A DNA stretch of 64,000 nucleotides, from assembly GCA_038245295.1 (NCBI GenBank), contig JBBRSP010000001.1, positions 128,001 to 192,000 on the forward strand, given 5' to 3'. The notes beneath the pieces were generated by a model, which saw only the letters and a list, made by a program, of their open reading frames with translations, did no database searches and had not been told where the DNA came from. The position numbers and the translations under genes are program-made. Source of the stretch: Candidatus Binatia bacterium. GTDB taxonomy: Bacteria > Desulfobacterota > Binatia > HRBIN30. Shown piece after piece: positions 51,817 through 61,200 of the stretch (position 1 is its first letter; each line of letters opens with the position of its first letter).

Positions 51817-52908
51817 CTACGCAGCGTCGCTGCCGATCGCTTGACGGATATGCGACAAGCCCTGGCGCTCGACCAGTTGCCCGAGATCCTGATTGATATG
51901 ACGCGGCAGTGCCGGGCCGCCATAGATGAGGCTGGTATAGATCTGTACCAGTGAAGCGCCGGCGCGGATCTTCTCGTAGGCCTCGGCGGCACTGGCCACG
52001 CCGCCCACACCAATGATCGGCAAGCGCTCGGCGCAGCGCTTGTACAACGTGCGGATCACCTGCGTTGACAAGGTGCGCAGCGGCCTCCCACTCAAGCCGC
52101 CGGCCTCGTCGCAGGCGACGGTCAACCCGTCGCGCCGCAGCGTCGTGTTGGTAGCGATGATACCGCTGGCGCGTTCTTCCAAGGCGACGTCGACCGCGGC
52201 GGCGAGGCCGTCCTCCGACAGGTCGGGCGCCAGCTTGATCAGGATCGGACGCGGCGAGACCTCGTGGGTTCGCGCCAGTCGCTCATTCTCCTCCCGCAGC
52301 GGACCCAGCAGGGCGCGCAGCTGCGACTCGCCCTGCAAGTCGCGCAGCCCCGGTGTGTTCGGCGAGCTGACGTTGACGACGATATAGTCGGCGTGGCGGA
52401 AGAGTTTGTTGAGACTGACCAGGTAGTCGTCGACGGCGACCTCAATGGGTGTGACGCGCGACTTGCCGAGATTGAGCCCGATCGGCACCGGCGGGCGACC
52501 GGCGGCGAAGGACGTTGTCAAACGCGCGGCGACGGCGGCGGCTCCCTCGTTGTTGAATCCCATGCGATTGATGAGAGCGCCATCGGCGGGCAGCCGAAAG
52601 AGGCGCGGCCGCGGATTGCCGGGTTGCGCGTGAGCGGTGATCGTCCCGAGCTCGACGAAGCCGAAACCCAGGCGCGGCCACACATGTGGCGCGATGGCAT
52701 TCTTGTCGAGTCCGGCGGCGAGGCCCAGCGGGTTCGGAAACGACAGGCCCCAGAGCGACTGTGCCAGAGTCGGCACTGGTTTCTCTGCCCGTGTGGTGCG
52801 CTGCGCCAATCGTTGCGCCTGGCGTAGTGCTGCGAAGGCAAGGTTGTGAGCCGACTCGGCATCCAATCGGAAGAGCAGCGGACGGACGAGACGATACCAG
52901 TTGATCAC
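51817..52908 (-). CDS. pyrD: Quinone-dependent dihydroorotate dehydrogenase
   Basis: NPLGLAAGLDKN, QPGNPRPRLFRL, INRMGFNN, NVSSPNTPGLR, KLAPD, GGLSG. Confidence 0.95.
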   Translation of the reverse strand: MINWYRLVRPLLFRLDAESAHNLAFAALRQAQRLAQRTTRAEKPVPTLAQSLWGLSFPNPLGLAAGLDKNAIAPHVWPRLGFGFVELGTITAHAQPGNPRPRLFRLPADGALINRMGFNNEGAAAVAARLTTSFAAGRPPVPIGLNLGKSRVTPIEVAVDDYLVSLNKLFRHADYIVVNVSSPNTPGLRDLQGESQLRALLGPLREENERLARTHEVSPRPILIKLAPDLSEDGLAAAVDVALEERASGIIATNTTLRRDGLTVACDEAGGLSGRPLRTLSTQVIRTLYKRCAERLPIIGVGGVASAAEAYEKIRAGASLVQIYTSLIYGGPALPRHINQDLGQLVERQGLSHIRQAIGSDAA

Positions 52909-53357
52909 GCCCCCAGCCTCCGCCGCGCTTCGGCCCGCAGGCTGGCGAGCTCGGCGTCGTCGATGTTGCGGACGACGTAACGATCCCCCGAGCTCAGGTT
53001 GGCGACGACATGTGCTTCGATGTCGACGCGCAGGCGGTCGCCGTGTTTGATGGCGCCGGTTTCCTCGATGATCAGCGCCGGCAGGCCAAGCTGCAGTGCC
53101 TGGCGCAGGAACTGCACGCCGAAGCTCCTGGCGATCACAGCGGCGATGTGGCGGGTGTTCAACGCGGCGATGGCGCGGCGCTGCTCGGCATCGGTGGCAA
53201 ACGAAAGTCCGGCCACCAGGAAGTCACCAACCGCGATATCGCTGGCGAACGAAGGCTGAAGAATCTCATCGCTGCCGATGTTGTCGCCGCAGCAACAGGC
53301 GCGACCATTCATTGCCAGCAGAGAGTCCTCGTCGGCGCGCAGATCTTCGTACTTCAT
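52905..53357 (-). CDS. Degenerate aconitase swivel / LeuD-like protein
   Basis: GRA..GDNI.SDEI, GDFLVAG..F, AVIARSF, GLP; lacks GSSRE. Confidence 0.65.
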   Translation of the reverse strand: MKYEDLRADEDSLLAMNGRACCCGDNIGSDEILQPSFASDIAVGDFLVAGLSFATDAEQRRAIAALNTRHIAAVIARSFGVQFLRQALQLGLPALIIEETGAIKHGDRLRVDIEAHVVANLSSGDRYVVRNIDDAELASLRAEARRRLGA

Positions 53358-53438
53358 CGCTGCTGCTGACTAGTTCAGGCGGCAGGCTGGGGACAAGGGG
53401 CGCGCGTCGCAGCAGGACGATTCGCGAATCGCGTCCAT

Positions 53439-53515
53439 CACGGCAGAGGCGCCGACAGCGCGGCGCTGCGAAAACCATTGACCGAGTTCTCTGCGACCTC
53501 GGCGTCTCTGCGGTG
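53439..53515. repeat. Imperfect inverted repeat of the CGCAGAG/CTCTGCG class
   Basis: CACGGCAGAGGCGCCGACAGCGCGGCG versus the reverse complement of CTCTGCGACCTCGGCGTCTCTGCGGTG. Confidence 0.55.
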
Positions 53516-53591
53516 CTCCCGCCCGCTGCCGCCGCGGTGCACCGAAGAATCGACGGATCGCGGCCGAGTCGCGTCGCAAAAAATTCTCGAC

Positions 53592-53612
53592 GATTATCGT
53601 ATTACGATAATC
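53592..53612. promoter_or_regulatory. Perfect AT-rich palindrome, candidate operator
   Basis: GATTATCGTA-T-TACGATAATC. Confidence 0.55.
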
Positions 53613-53814
53613 TTTCTTCTGGCCACATTAAAAAAAACGTGATACGGGATTTCTCGATTGGTTCGAGGTCGACACAGGCCTCCTGGCCGCAGACAGCTTA
53701 ATGGTAGGCTGCCAGTGGTGAACCAAGCTGGATGCCGGCAGTCGGCGGCCGGTGTCTGGTGGTGGGTTGGGGCCCGCCCTCGGTTTCGGCGCCGAGAAAG
53801 GAGGTGGTCCAGCG

Positions 53815-53856
53815 ATGATGATCCCTACGGCGAGCTGTGAGGTGGTGACCCCTTAG
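53815..53856 (+). CDS. Candidate 13-aa small ORF MMIPTASCEVVTP
   Basis: ATG 10 nt after GGAGG of an exceptionally long SD; stop codon in a TGACC/GGTCA hairpin. Confidence 0.4.
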   Translation: MMIPTASCEVVTP

Positions 53857-54034
53857 GTCAGTACATTGGGCGACGAGTTTCGCGCTCCATCGTGCCGGCA
53901 GGCGACCGCTGCCTTGCGGTTCCGGTCAACGCCTGTGCTGGTGACACGAGTGACGAATCCTCAGACGAGGTGAGAGAAATCCACTAACCGTCAATCGTAC
54001 CGATGTTTCGCCTGGGGAACCCAGGCGCCATCGC

Positions 54035-54101
54035 CCCCAGGAGCTTCCCGCGATATCGCCCGCGGGGCGGCCAAGCCGTAAACAGCTCCTGGGGATTTTT
54101 T
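54035..54101 (+). terminator. Terminator-like branched stem plus U tract
   Basis: CCCCAGGAGCT (54035-54045) pairs with AGCTCCTGGGG (54084-54094), encloses two small hairpins and is followed by ATTTTTT. Confidence 0.6.
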
Positions 54102-54253
54102 ATCTCCGCCCGTGCCCCCGCCCATGCCCGCTCTCCCATCCGGCTCTGAGCAAAACCGAGCGGCTCGACGAACCTCCAAACGTCCGCCACATGGTCCCCA
54201 TGAATTGAACCAACGCGGGCGTCTGCTTATAAGGAGCGCCCCGGAGGAGAGTT

Positions 54254-55414
54254 ATGCCCAAAGCGTATGCCATTACCGCGGCGGCGATCGCCGCGGAGCG
54301 TAAGCGTGTAAATGACGACCTGGAAAAGGTCGACGTCTCGCGCATCATCCACTTGGACGACGTGCAATTGCGGCCGCTCGGTAAGAGCGACGTTCATATG
54401 CGTGTTCTGGCGGTATCCGCCGAGCACAATATCGAGCACGCGGCGCTGGCCGATACGGTGAACATCGCCGAAGCGCGCGGCGGCAAGATGTACCCGGGCA
54501 ACAGCGCCCTGGGCGAAGTGTTGGCGGTGGGTGAATCGGTCAAGCGCTTCAAGGCCGGCGACATTGTCATCACCCATTGCAACGGCGAGCCCGATCGTTT
54601 CGGTTACCCGATGCGCATTTGGGCCTACGACCAGCCCGACTCGATCGGCTGGTACGGCGAGGAGGCGGTTGTCGGTGACTGGCAACTCATCCCCGCGCCC
54701 CTGAAGTGCGGCCTGAACTTGTGGGAGATCGCCGCGCTGCCGCTACGCGCCCCGACGGCCTATCATCTGTGGCGCCGCGCCCACGGCATCTATCGGCTCA
54801 AGGTCTCGCTGGAGCGTCAGGCGCGTCTCAACGTGCTCGGTTTCGGCGGCGGCGTCTCGGAGCTCTTCCTGATGCTCGCCAAGGCCGAAGGCCACCAGGC
54901 GTTCTTTTGCTCGGGCAGCCCGGAGCGTCGCGATTTCCTGGCCAAGCAGGGCATCACGCCGATCGACCAGAAGAAGTTCAATCGCTTCGCCAAGAGCGAC
55001 GACGTGCGTGCCTTCAGCAAGGAGATCAAAAAGCTTACGAACGGCGAAGGCATGCACCTGGTGTGCGACATGTTGCGCGGGCCGGTGTTTGAGGCCGGCG
55101 TAACCGCCCTCGGCCGCCAGGGTGTCAACGTCAGCGCCGGTTGGCAGCTGGCGCGTGAGTGTACCTACAACTCGGCCGGCTTGTCGGTGAAGCAGATCAC
55201 CCTCGACCATACGCATTACGACACCGTCGATGGCGCCAACGCGTGCACCGATCTCTACGGTAACGTCTTCAAGCCGACGATCCATAAAGAGATCTACGCC
55301 TTCGCCGACCTGCCGCGCTGCTTCGACGAGATGCAGCGCAACACGCAGACCGGAATTCCGATCGTGCGCGTCGCCGAGCGTATGCCGGCGGCTGTCGAGG
55401 CGCTTTGTTCCTAG
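54254..55414 (+). CDS. Zinc-independent MDR oxidoreductase, divergent crotonyl-CoA reductase/carboxylase-like
   Basis: GEVLAVGESVKRFKAGDIVITHCN, RIWAYDQPD, PTAYHLW, VLGFGGGV; GGAGGAG RBS. Confidence 0.75.
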   Translation: MPKAYAITAAAIAAERKRVNDDLEKVDVSRIIHLDDVQLRPLGKSDVHMRVLAVSAEHNIEHAALADTVNIAEARGGKMYPGNSALGEVLAVGESVKRFKAGDIVITHCNGEPDRFGYPMRIWAYDQPDSIGWYGEEAVVGDWQLIPAPLKCGLNLWEIAALPLRAPTAYHLWRRAHGIYRLKVSLERQARLNVLGFGGGVSELFLMLAKAEGHQAFFCSGSPERRDFLAKQGITPIDQKKFNRFAKSDDVRAFSKEIKKLTNGEGMHLVCDMLRGPVFEAGVTALGRQGVNVSAGWQLARECTYNSAGLSVKQITLDHTHYDTVDGANACTDLYGNVFKPTIHKEIYAFADLPRCFDEMQRNTQTGIPIVRVAERMPAAVEALCS

Positions 55415-55539
55415 CGTGACGTGAGTCCCCGGAGCGGAAGTGCAAAGGGGGAGGGTGACGCAGCTTTTGCACGTACCTTGGCATTGGCACGCCGCTTCAG
55501 CCTGCGCCGTGCAGTGGCGAATAATTTATGCGCAAAGCA

Positions 55540-55593
55540 CCCTCACCCCAACCCTCTCCCAGGGTCGCACGCTCCGGGCGATGTGGGAGAGGG
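55540..55593. repeat. BoxC-like palindromic repeat
   Basis: CCCTCACCCCAACCCTCTCCC...GGGAGAGGG. Confidence 0.6.
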
Positions 55594-55696
55594 ACTGTCA
55601 GCGCTTCACCGTGCCCCGTGGAAAACGAGCAAAATCAGCCCATCATTCGAATACATCGCGTTTCGAGTCGTCGGGAGGGCACCGTGCGGGGCAAGA

Positions 55697-57060
55697 TGAA
55701 GTCAATTCCGGGGCTATACCGGCAGCCGATGCTGCGCTTTGCTCGCCGTGGCGGCCAGGTTCTGCTGTTGGTGATGGCCGCCTCCATTTGCCTAAACCCT
55801 GCCTGGGCCGGAGATGCCCTGGCGCCGCAGGCCTACAACGATGACGCTATGCTGGCGCACCTTCTGTGGACCCATTCTACCGCCGTCTTGAATGCGCGGG
55901 CGGCTGCCGCCACCGCTGAAAGCGAGGCGTTGCGTGCCGGGCTGTATCCGAACCCGGAATTGGACACCGCCTGGTCCTCGATTCCCGTTGGTCGCAGCAA
56001 CCCGCCGGGCCTTTCTCACCCCTTGAGCAACGTACCCAATTACAGTGCCGCCCTGTCGGAATTGGTCGAGATCGGCAAACGTGGTCCGCGTCAGGCTGCC
56101 ACCAAAGCGGACGTCGAGCGCGCCGCTGCGGAAGCCCAGGCTGCACTCGGGGATCGCTTCTTTGCCCTGCTCGATCGTATCGGGGCGATGGCCTCGAGCC
56201 AACAGCGCGCCGGGGTTCTGGATGAGCAGGTGCGTGACAGTCAGGAGTTGCTGAACCTGTACCGCTTGCGGGCCAGCAAAGGCGAGATCGCCGTCCTCGA
56301 CGCCGACGTGGTCGAGGTCGAACACGCGCAGGCCATCGTGACACGCGATGCCGTCTTGAGCGAGTTGTCGGCGGCTCAGGCCGAGTGCGCCGGTATTCTG
56401 TCCCTGCCGTGTCCACTGTTTGCCTCGAGCGACTCGGCGCAAGCTTTCCTCGAATCGGCCGCTGCACCGACTCTGCCGACGCAGTGGTCGGAGGACGCCG
56501 AGCAACGGCGCCCTGACCTGGCGGCGCTGGCGGCGGCGACCAATGCTGCCGACCAACGACTGGTTCTGGCCAATCGAAAAATCATTCCTGACGTGACCGT
56601 GCGCCTGGGCTATACGTACGACGAGTTCATCGTTTCGGGAAATCAGCGCAACAGCTTGGCCGTCGGTCTACAGATCCCCTTGCCTGTGCTTGATCGTGGT
56701 CAGGCCGACAAAGCTGCGGCGGCGGCGGAAGCGGAGCGTAGTCGGCGAATTCGACAAGCAACGTTGGCGGTGGCGCCCGGTATTGTTGAGAACGCCGTGC
56801 GCCGACGCGAATTGCTGCGTCGCCGTTTGGAGCACCTCGATTCGGCGATCGAGAAGGCGCGGTCGGTGCGTGAGTCGCTGGCGGCGGCCTTACGCGCCGG
56901 CGGAACGTCCCTCATCGAAGTATTGGTGGCGCGGCGTTCGTATCAGGACCTGGTGCGCGAACGCGTCGACCTCGACGCCGAAGGATTCAATACGGCGCTG
57001 GCGGTACGCCAAGCCCTTGCTCTGTTTCCCCGCCCTGAAGGATCGGAAAACGACCTATGA
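55697..57060 (+). CDS. TolC/CzcC-family outer membrane factor
   Basis: YPNPEL, EIGKRGPR, RRPDL, PDVTV, IPLPVLDRGQ; start moved downstream of the repeat and uncertain. Confidence 0.85.
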
Positions 57061-58247
57061 GTGACTTGACTCTTGAACGCAGCAAACCCGGTCCGGCGGG
57101 CACAGCTTTCCCTGGCCGCGTCGTCGGAATGGTATTGGCGGCCGTCGTCGTCGCTGGTCTGGCCTTCTACTACTTGCAACCCCATCTGATCGAGCGTCCC
57201 GCCGAGCCTCCTTTCAAGGTGGAGGGGCAACACGTCGAGATTCAGAAGGACTCTCCCACCTGGGGTTACATCGAAGTCGGTGAAGCCAAACTCCAGGCCG
57301 CCTTGGCCGCCGAACCCGTCCCGGGGCGAGTCGCGTTTGACGAAGCCTTTGCCGTACCGATCGTGGCTCCGCTGGCCGGGCGCGTCGACACGGTGAGCGT
57401 CCGCATTGGCGATCCGATCGTCGCCGGGGCGCGGCTGCTCACGGTGCGCTCACCTGCGTTTGTTGATCTACGCCAGCAGATCGAAGTTCTGCGCGCCAGC
57501 GAGGCGGCGCGGCGCAAGACGCTGGAACGCGTGCGGTCTCTCGTCGAGCTCAAGGCCGCTCCTGAGAAGGATCAGTTGGCAGCCGAGTTGGAGCTCAATC
57601 AAGTTCGACTCGAGCGCGAAGGCGCTGAGCTCAAGTTGCGCAGCAGCCCGATCGAAGATGGCGGCAATGGTTCCTACTGGTTGGTGTCGCCCCGCGACGG
57701 TGCCGTGGTGGAACGCAAAGTCCTTGTGGGTGAGGAAGTTGGTCCCGAGCGTAGCGAGCCGCTGTTGGTCGTGGCGCAGCTCGACGAAGTGATCATCGCG
57801 GCCGACGTGCCGGAGCATGATGTCGCTTGGATCCACGTCGGTGACACGGCGCAGGTCTTCTCGCCGGCGACGCCGGAAGACACCATTCAGGGCAAGGTGG
57901 AATACGTCAGCGAAGTCGTCGATCCGGTGCGGCGCATGGTCAATGTCCGTGTCCGCGTCGCCAACCCAGGCCATCGTCTGCGGCCTAATGCGTATGTGCA
58001 AGCCTCATTTTCCCCGGGTGATCGTCAATCGTTGGTCGTGCCGGCGCAGGCCGTTGTGACCGACGATCAGCACGCCTTCGTTTTCGTCGAGGCGAGCAAC
58101 AATCCGCGCCGCCTGGAGCGTCGGATGGTGGCGGTCGGCCGCCAACGTGAAGGACAGGTTGAGATCGTTCAGGGGCTAAAACCGGGGGAGCGCATCGTCA
58201 CACAAGGCGCCATCCTTTTACTGAATGCGGTTAGCCTCGCTGAGTAG
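57057..58247 (+). CDS. RND periplasmic adaptor (CzcB-like)
   Basis: N-terminal TM, APLAGRV, SPRDGAVVER, VDPVRR, LRPNAY, GLKPGERIV. Confidence 0.9.
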   Translation: MSDLTLERSKPGPAGTAFPGRVVGMVLAAVVVAGLAFYYLQPHLIERPAEPPFKVEGQHVEIQKDSPTWGYIEVGEAKLQAALAAEPVPGRVAFDEAFAVPIVAPLAGRVDTVSVRIGDPIVAGARLLTVRSPAFVDLRQQIEVLRASEAARRKTLERVRSLVELKAAPEKDQLAAELELNQVRLEREGAELKLRSSPIEDGGNGSYWLVSPRDGAVVERKVLVGEEVGPERSEPLLVVAQLDEVIIAADVPEHDVAWIHVGDTAQVFSPATPEDTIQGKVEYVSEVVDPVRRMVNVRVRVANPGHRLRPNAYVQASFSPGDRQSLVVPAQAVVTDDQHAFVFVEASNNPRRLERRMVAVGRQREGQVEIVQGLKPGERIVTQGAILLLNAVSLAE

Positions 58248-58253
58248 TGTTCG

Positions 58254-61200
58254 ATGGTCGAGCGGCTCGTCCAACTGGCGCTGCAGAATCGCACCGCGGT
58301 TCTGTTCTTCACGCTCGTCGTCATCATTGCGGGTGTGTTTGCCTTTCGCGGCCTGACGATTGAGGCGTTTCCCGATCCCACAGACACCCAGGTCAATGTC
58401 ATCACCCTGTTCGCCGGTCAGCCGGCCGAGGAAGTCGAGCGCCAGATCGGCTTGCCGCTCGAGCGTGCCTTGAATGGCACGCCCGGGCTGACGCGCCTGC
58501 GCAATCTGTCGCTGTTCGGGCTGTCGTACGTCACCCTGACCTTTGCCGATGGCGTCGAACCGTTATTCGCGCGCTCCCAGGTCCTCGAACGTCTACGCGA
58601 CGCCAGCTTGCCCCAGGATGTCGTGCCCGAGCTTGGTCCGATGGCGACGCCGATTGGGGAGATCTATCGCTACACGCTCGGTGGCGGTGGCGACGACCCG
58701 ATGCGGCTGCGAACGCTGCAAGAGTGGGTCGTCGGTCCGCGCTTGCGGCGCGCCGCCGGTGTTGCCGACGTCGTCAACTACGGTGGCCTGGTGCGTGAGG
58801 TGCACGTGCAACCGTCGCCGGCGCGGCTGGCCGCCTACGGGTTGACTCTCGAGGATCTCGAAACTGCTTTGAAGCGAGGCTCGTTCAACGCCAGCGGTGG
58901 CATCCTCGAACGCGGTTCCGAACATCTGGTGATCCGCAGCCAGGGCTTGTTTCGCAATCTCGACGACATCGGCGAGGTTCATGTCGCCACCCGCGATGGC
59001 ACCCCGGTGCGCATCCGCGACATTGCTTCGGTCAACGACGGCTGGGCCCAGCGCCAGGGCGTTGTCAGCCGCGGCCCGCAGAGCGACGTTGTCGAAGGTA
59101 TCGTCCTGATGCGTCGCGGCGAGAATCCGTCGGCGGTTCTCGATCGCGTGCGCGAGGCGGTAGAAGAGCTCAATACGCATATCTTGCCGGATGGGGTTCA
59201 GGTGCGGCCCTTCTATGATCGTACCGATCTGGTCAGCACGACGCTGCACACGGTCGGGCACAACCTGCTCGAAGGGGCGGTGTTGGTCGTTCTGGTGCTT
59301 TACGCTTTTTTGCTCGATCTGCCGGCGGCGCTGATCGTTGCGTCGTTGATTCCGTTGTCCCTGATGTCGGCGTTCATCTACCTCAAGATGCGTGGCATGA
59401 GCGCCAACCTCCTGAGCATGGGCGCCGTCGACTTCGGTATCATTGTCGACGGTGCCGTGGTGATCATCGAGAGCATCGTGCAGCGACTTGCCAGCCGCCA
59501 CGGCGAGGAGTCGGGCGGGCAAAGGGTTGCGCCCGACATCTTGCTCGCGCGCATTCGTCTGGCCGTCAACGATGTCGTACGACCCACCGTGTTCTCCCTG
59601 ATGATCATCATCGCCGCCTACCTGCCGATCTTCCTGCTGGAGCGCGTCGAGGGACGCATCTTCGCACCGATGTCGAACACCGTGGTGGCGGCGCTGATCG
59701 GTGCCTTGTTCTTTTCCGTCACGCTGGTGCCGATCCTGGCCGCGTTGGTGTATCGCCGGCCATTGAAACACCGGACCTCGCCGATCCTCGTCTTCGCGCA
59801 ACGACTGTATGATCCTTCGCTTGCCTGGGCCCTGCGCCGGCCTGTGTGGGTGCTCGGCGGTAGTGTCGTGGCGCTCGTCGGTGCGGTTGTCCTGCTCGGA
59901 ACACAAGGCTCGGAGTTTTTGCCCGAGCTGAACGAGGGGTCGCTCTATTTGACCTTCACCCTGCCGTCGAACATCAGCCTGAACGAGGGCCGCCGCCTGG
60001 TGCCGCAGATCACGCGCATCCTGCGCCAGTACCCGGAAGTCAAAGAGGTGTTGTCGCAGCTCGGTCGGCCGGAGGACGGCACAGATCCGACGTTGTCCAA
60101 CAACCTCGAGTATTTCGTTCGTCTCAATCCGCCGGAGGAGTGGCCGCCGAAACTGCGCACGCTGTCGGACGTGATCGAAGATCTCGACCGTGGCCTGCGT
60201 GAAATTCCCGGACTGGAGGTGAACTTTTCGCAACCGATCCGCGACAACGTCAATGAGAATATCTCGGGACAGTTTGGTCAGATCGCCCTCAAGATCTACG
60301 GCGACGATCTGAAGGTACTCCAGGATCTCGCCGAGAAGACCCAGGGCGTCGTGGCCGACGTCGCCGGCGTTGCCGACCTCGGCATCGTCAAGAGCAGCGA
60401 GATTCCGCAATTGCAGATCGAGCCAAACCGCGCCGCGCTTGGACGGTACGGTCTCGACATGGAGAGCTTCCAGCACGTCTTGCAGGCCGCGCTGGGGGGG
60501 CAACCGGTGGAAGTTCTGTGGTCGGGCGAGGCCCGCTTCGACATCGTCATGCGCTACCCGGCAACGGCGCGGGCCGACATCGAAAAGATCCGTAAGTTGC
60601 GGGTGCCGGTGCAAGGCGGAATCACCGTGCCGATGGAGACGTTGGCACAGATCGACGTCGGCCGCGGCCGCGCCGCCATCAGTCGCGAGAACGGCCATCG
60701 CTACGTCGGCATCCGTATGAACGTGCGTGGTCGCGACATGGGTTCGTTCGTCGATGAGGCACGCGCCAGCGTAGCCGCCAAGGTGCCGCTGCCGCAGGGC
60801 TTCTCTATGGAGTGGGGCGGCGAGTTCGAGAGTAAGGAACGCGCCATGCGACGTCTGACCCTGGTCGTGCCGCTGGCCCTGCTCATCACGCTGGCCCTGC
60901 TGTTCAATGCCTTCGGTAAGTTCGCGCCGGCGGTTCTGGTGCTGCTCAATGTGCCGTTTGCTCTCGTCGGCGGCGTGGCGGCGCTGGCCCTGGTGGGCAT
61001 GCCGCTGTCGGTGTCGGCGGCGGTCGGGTTCATCGCGCTGATCGGCCAGGCGTCGCTGAACGGCGTGCTCGTGCTGTCGGCCATCCTGGAACGCGAGGCA
61101 GAGGGCAAGCCGCTGCTGGAGGCGATTCGCCAGGGTTGTCGCGAGCGCCTGCGCCCGGTCTTGATGACCGCCGTTCTTGCGGCGCTCGGTCTGGTGCCGG

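Larger units (their letters stand above)
53717..54101 (+). ncRNA. Candidate structured RNA with extended complementarity to 16S rRNA
   Basis: Extended -10-like TGGTAGGCT (53702-53710); three hairpins with 7 G:U pairs (53728-53796); AGAAAGGAGGTGGTCCAGC (53795-53813); 11-bp closing stem plus T6 at the 3' end; boundaries estimated. Confidence 0.55.

Noticed and set aside
53814..53822. Box C motif (RUGAUGA) beside rRNA-complementary sequence, as in C/D guide RNAs
   Set aside because: No suitably placed CUGA box D, bacteria lack the machinery, and tandem ATG codons explain the motif.
53795..53860. 16S rRNA gene (3' end) on the minus strand
   Set aside because: Similarity is blocky, helix 45 cannot form, the universal AAGUCGUAACAAGG is not intact, there is no room for a 1.5-kb gene, and G:U pairs and the U tract favour the plus strand. 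A very old relic is not fully excluded.
53717..54101. tmRNA, suggested by size and an internal short ORF with its stop in a hairpin
   Set aside because: No tRNA-Ala-like ends, T-loop or CCA, and the peptide lacks an ALAA-type tail.
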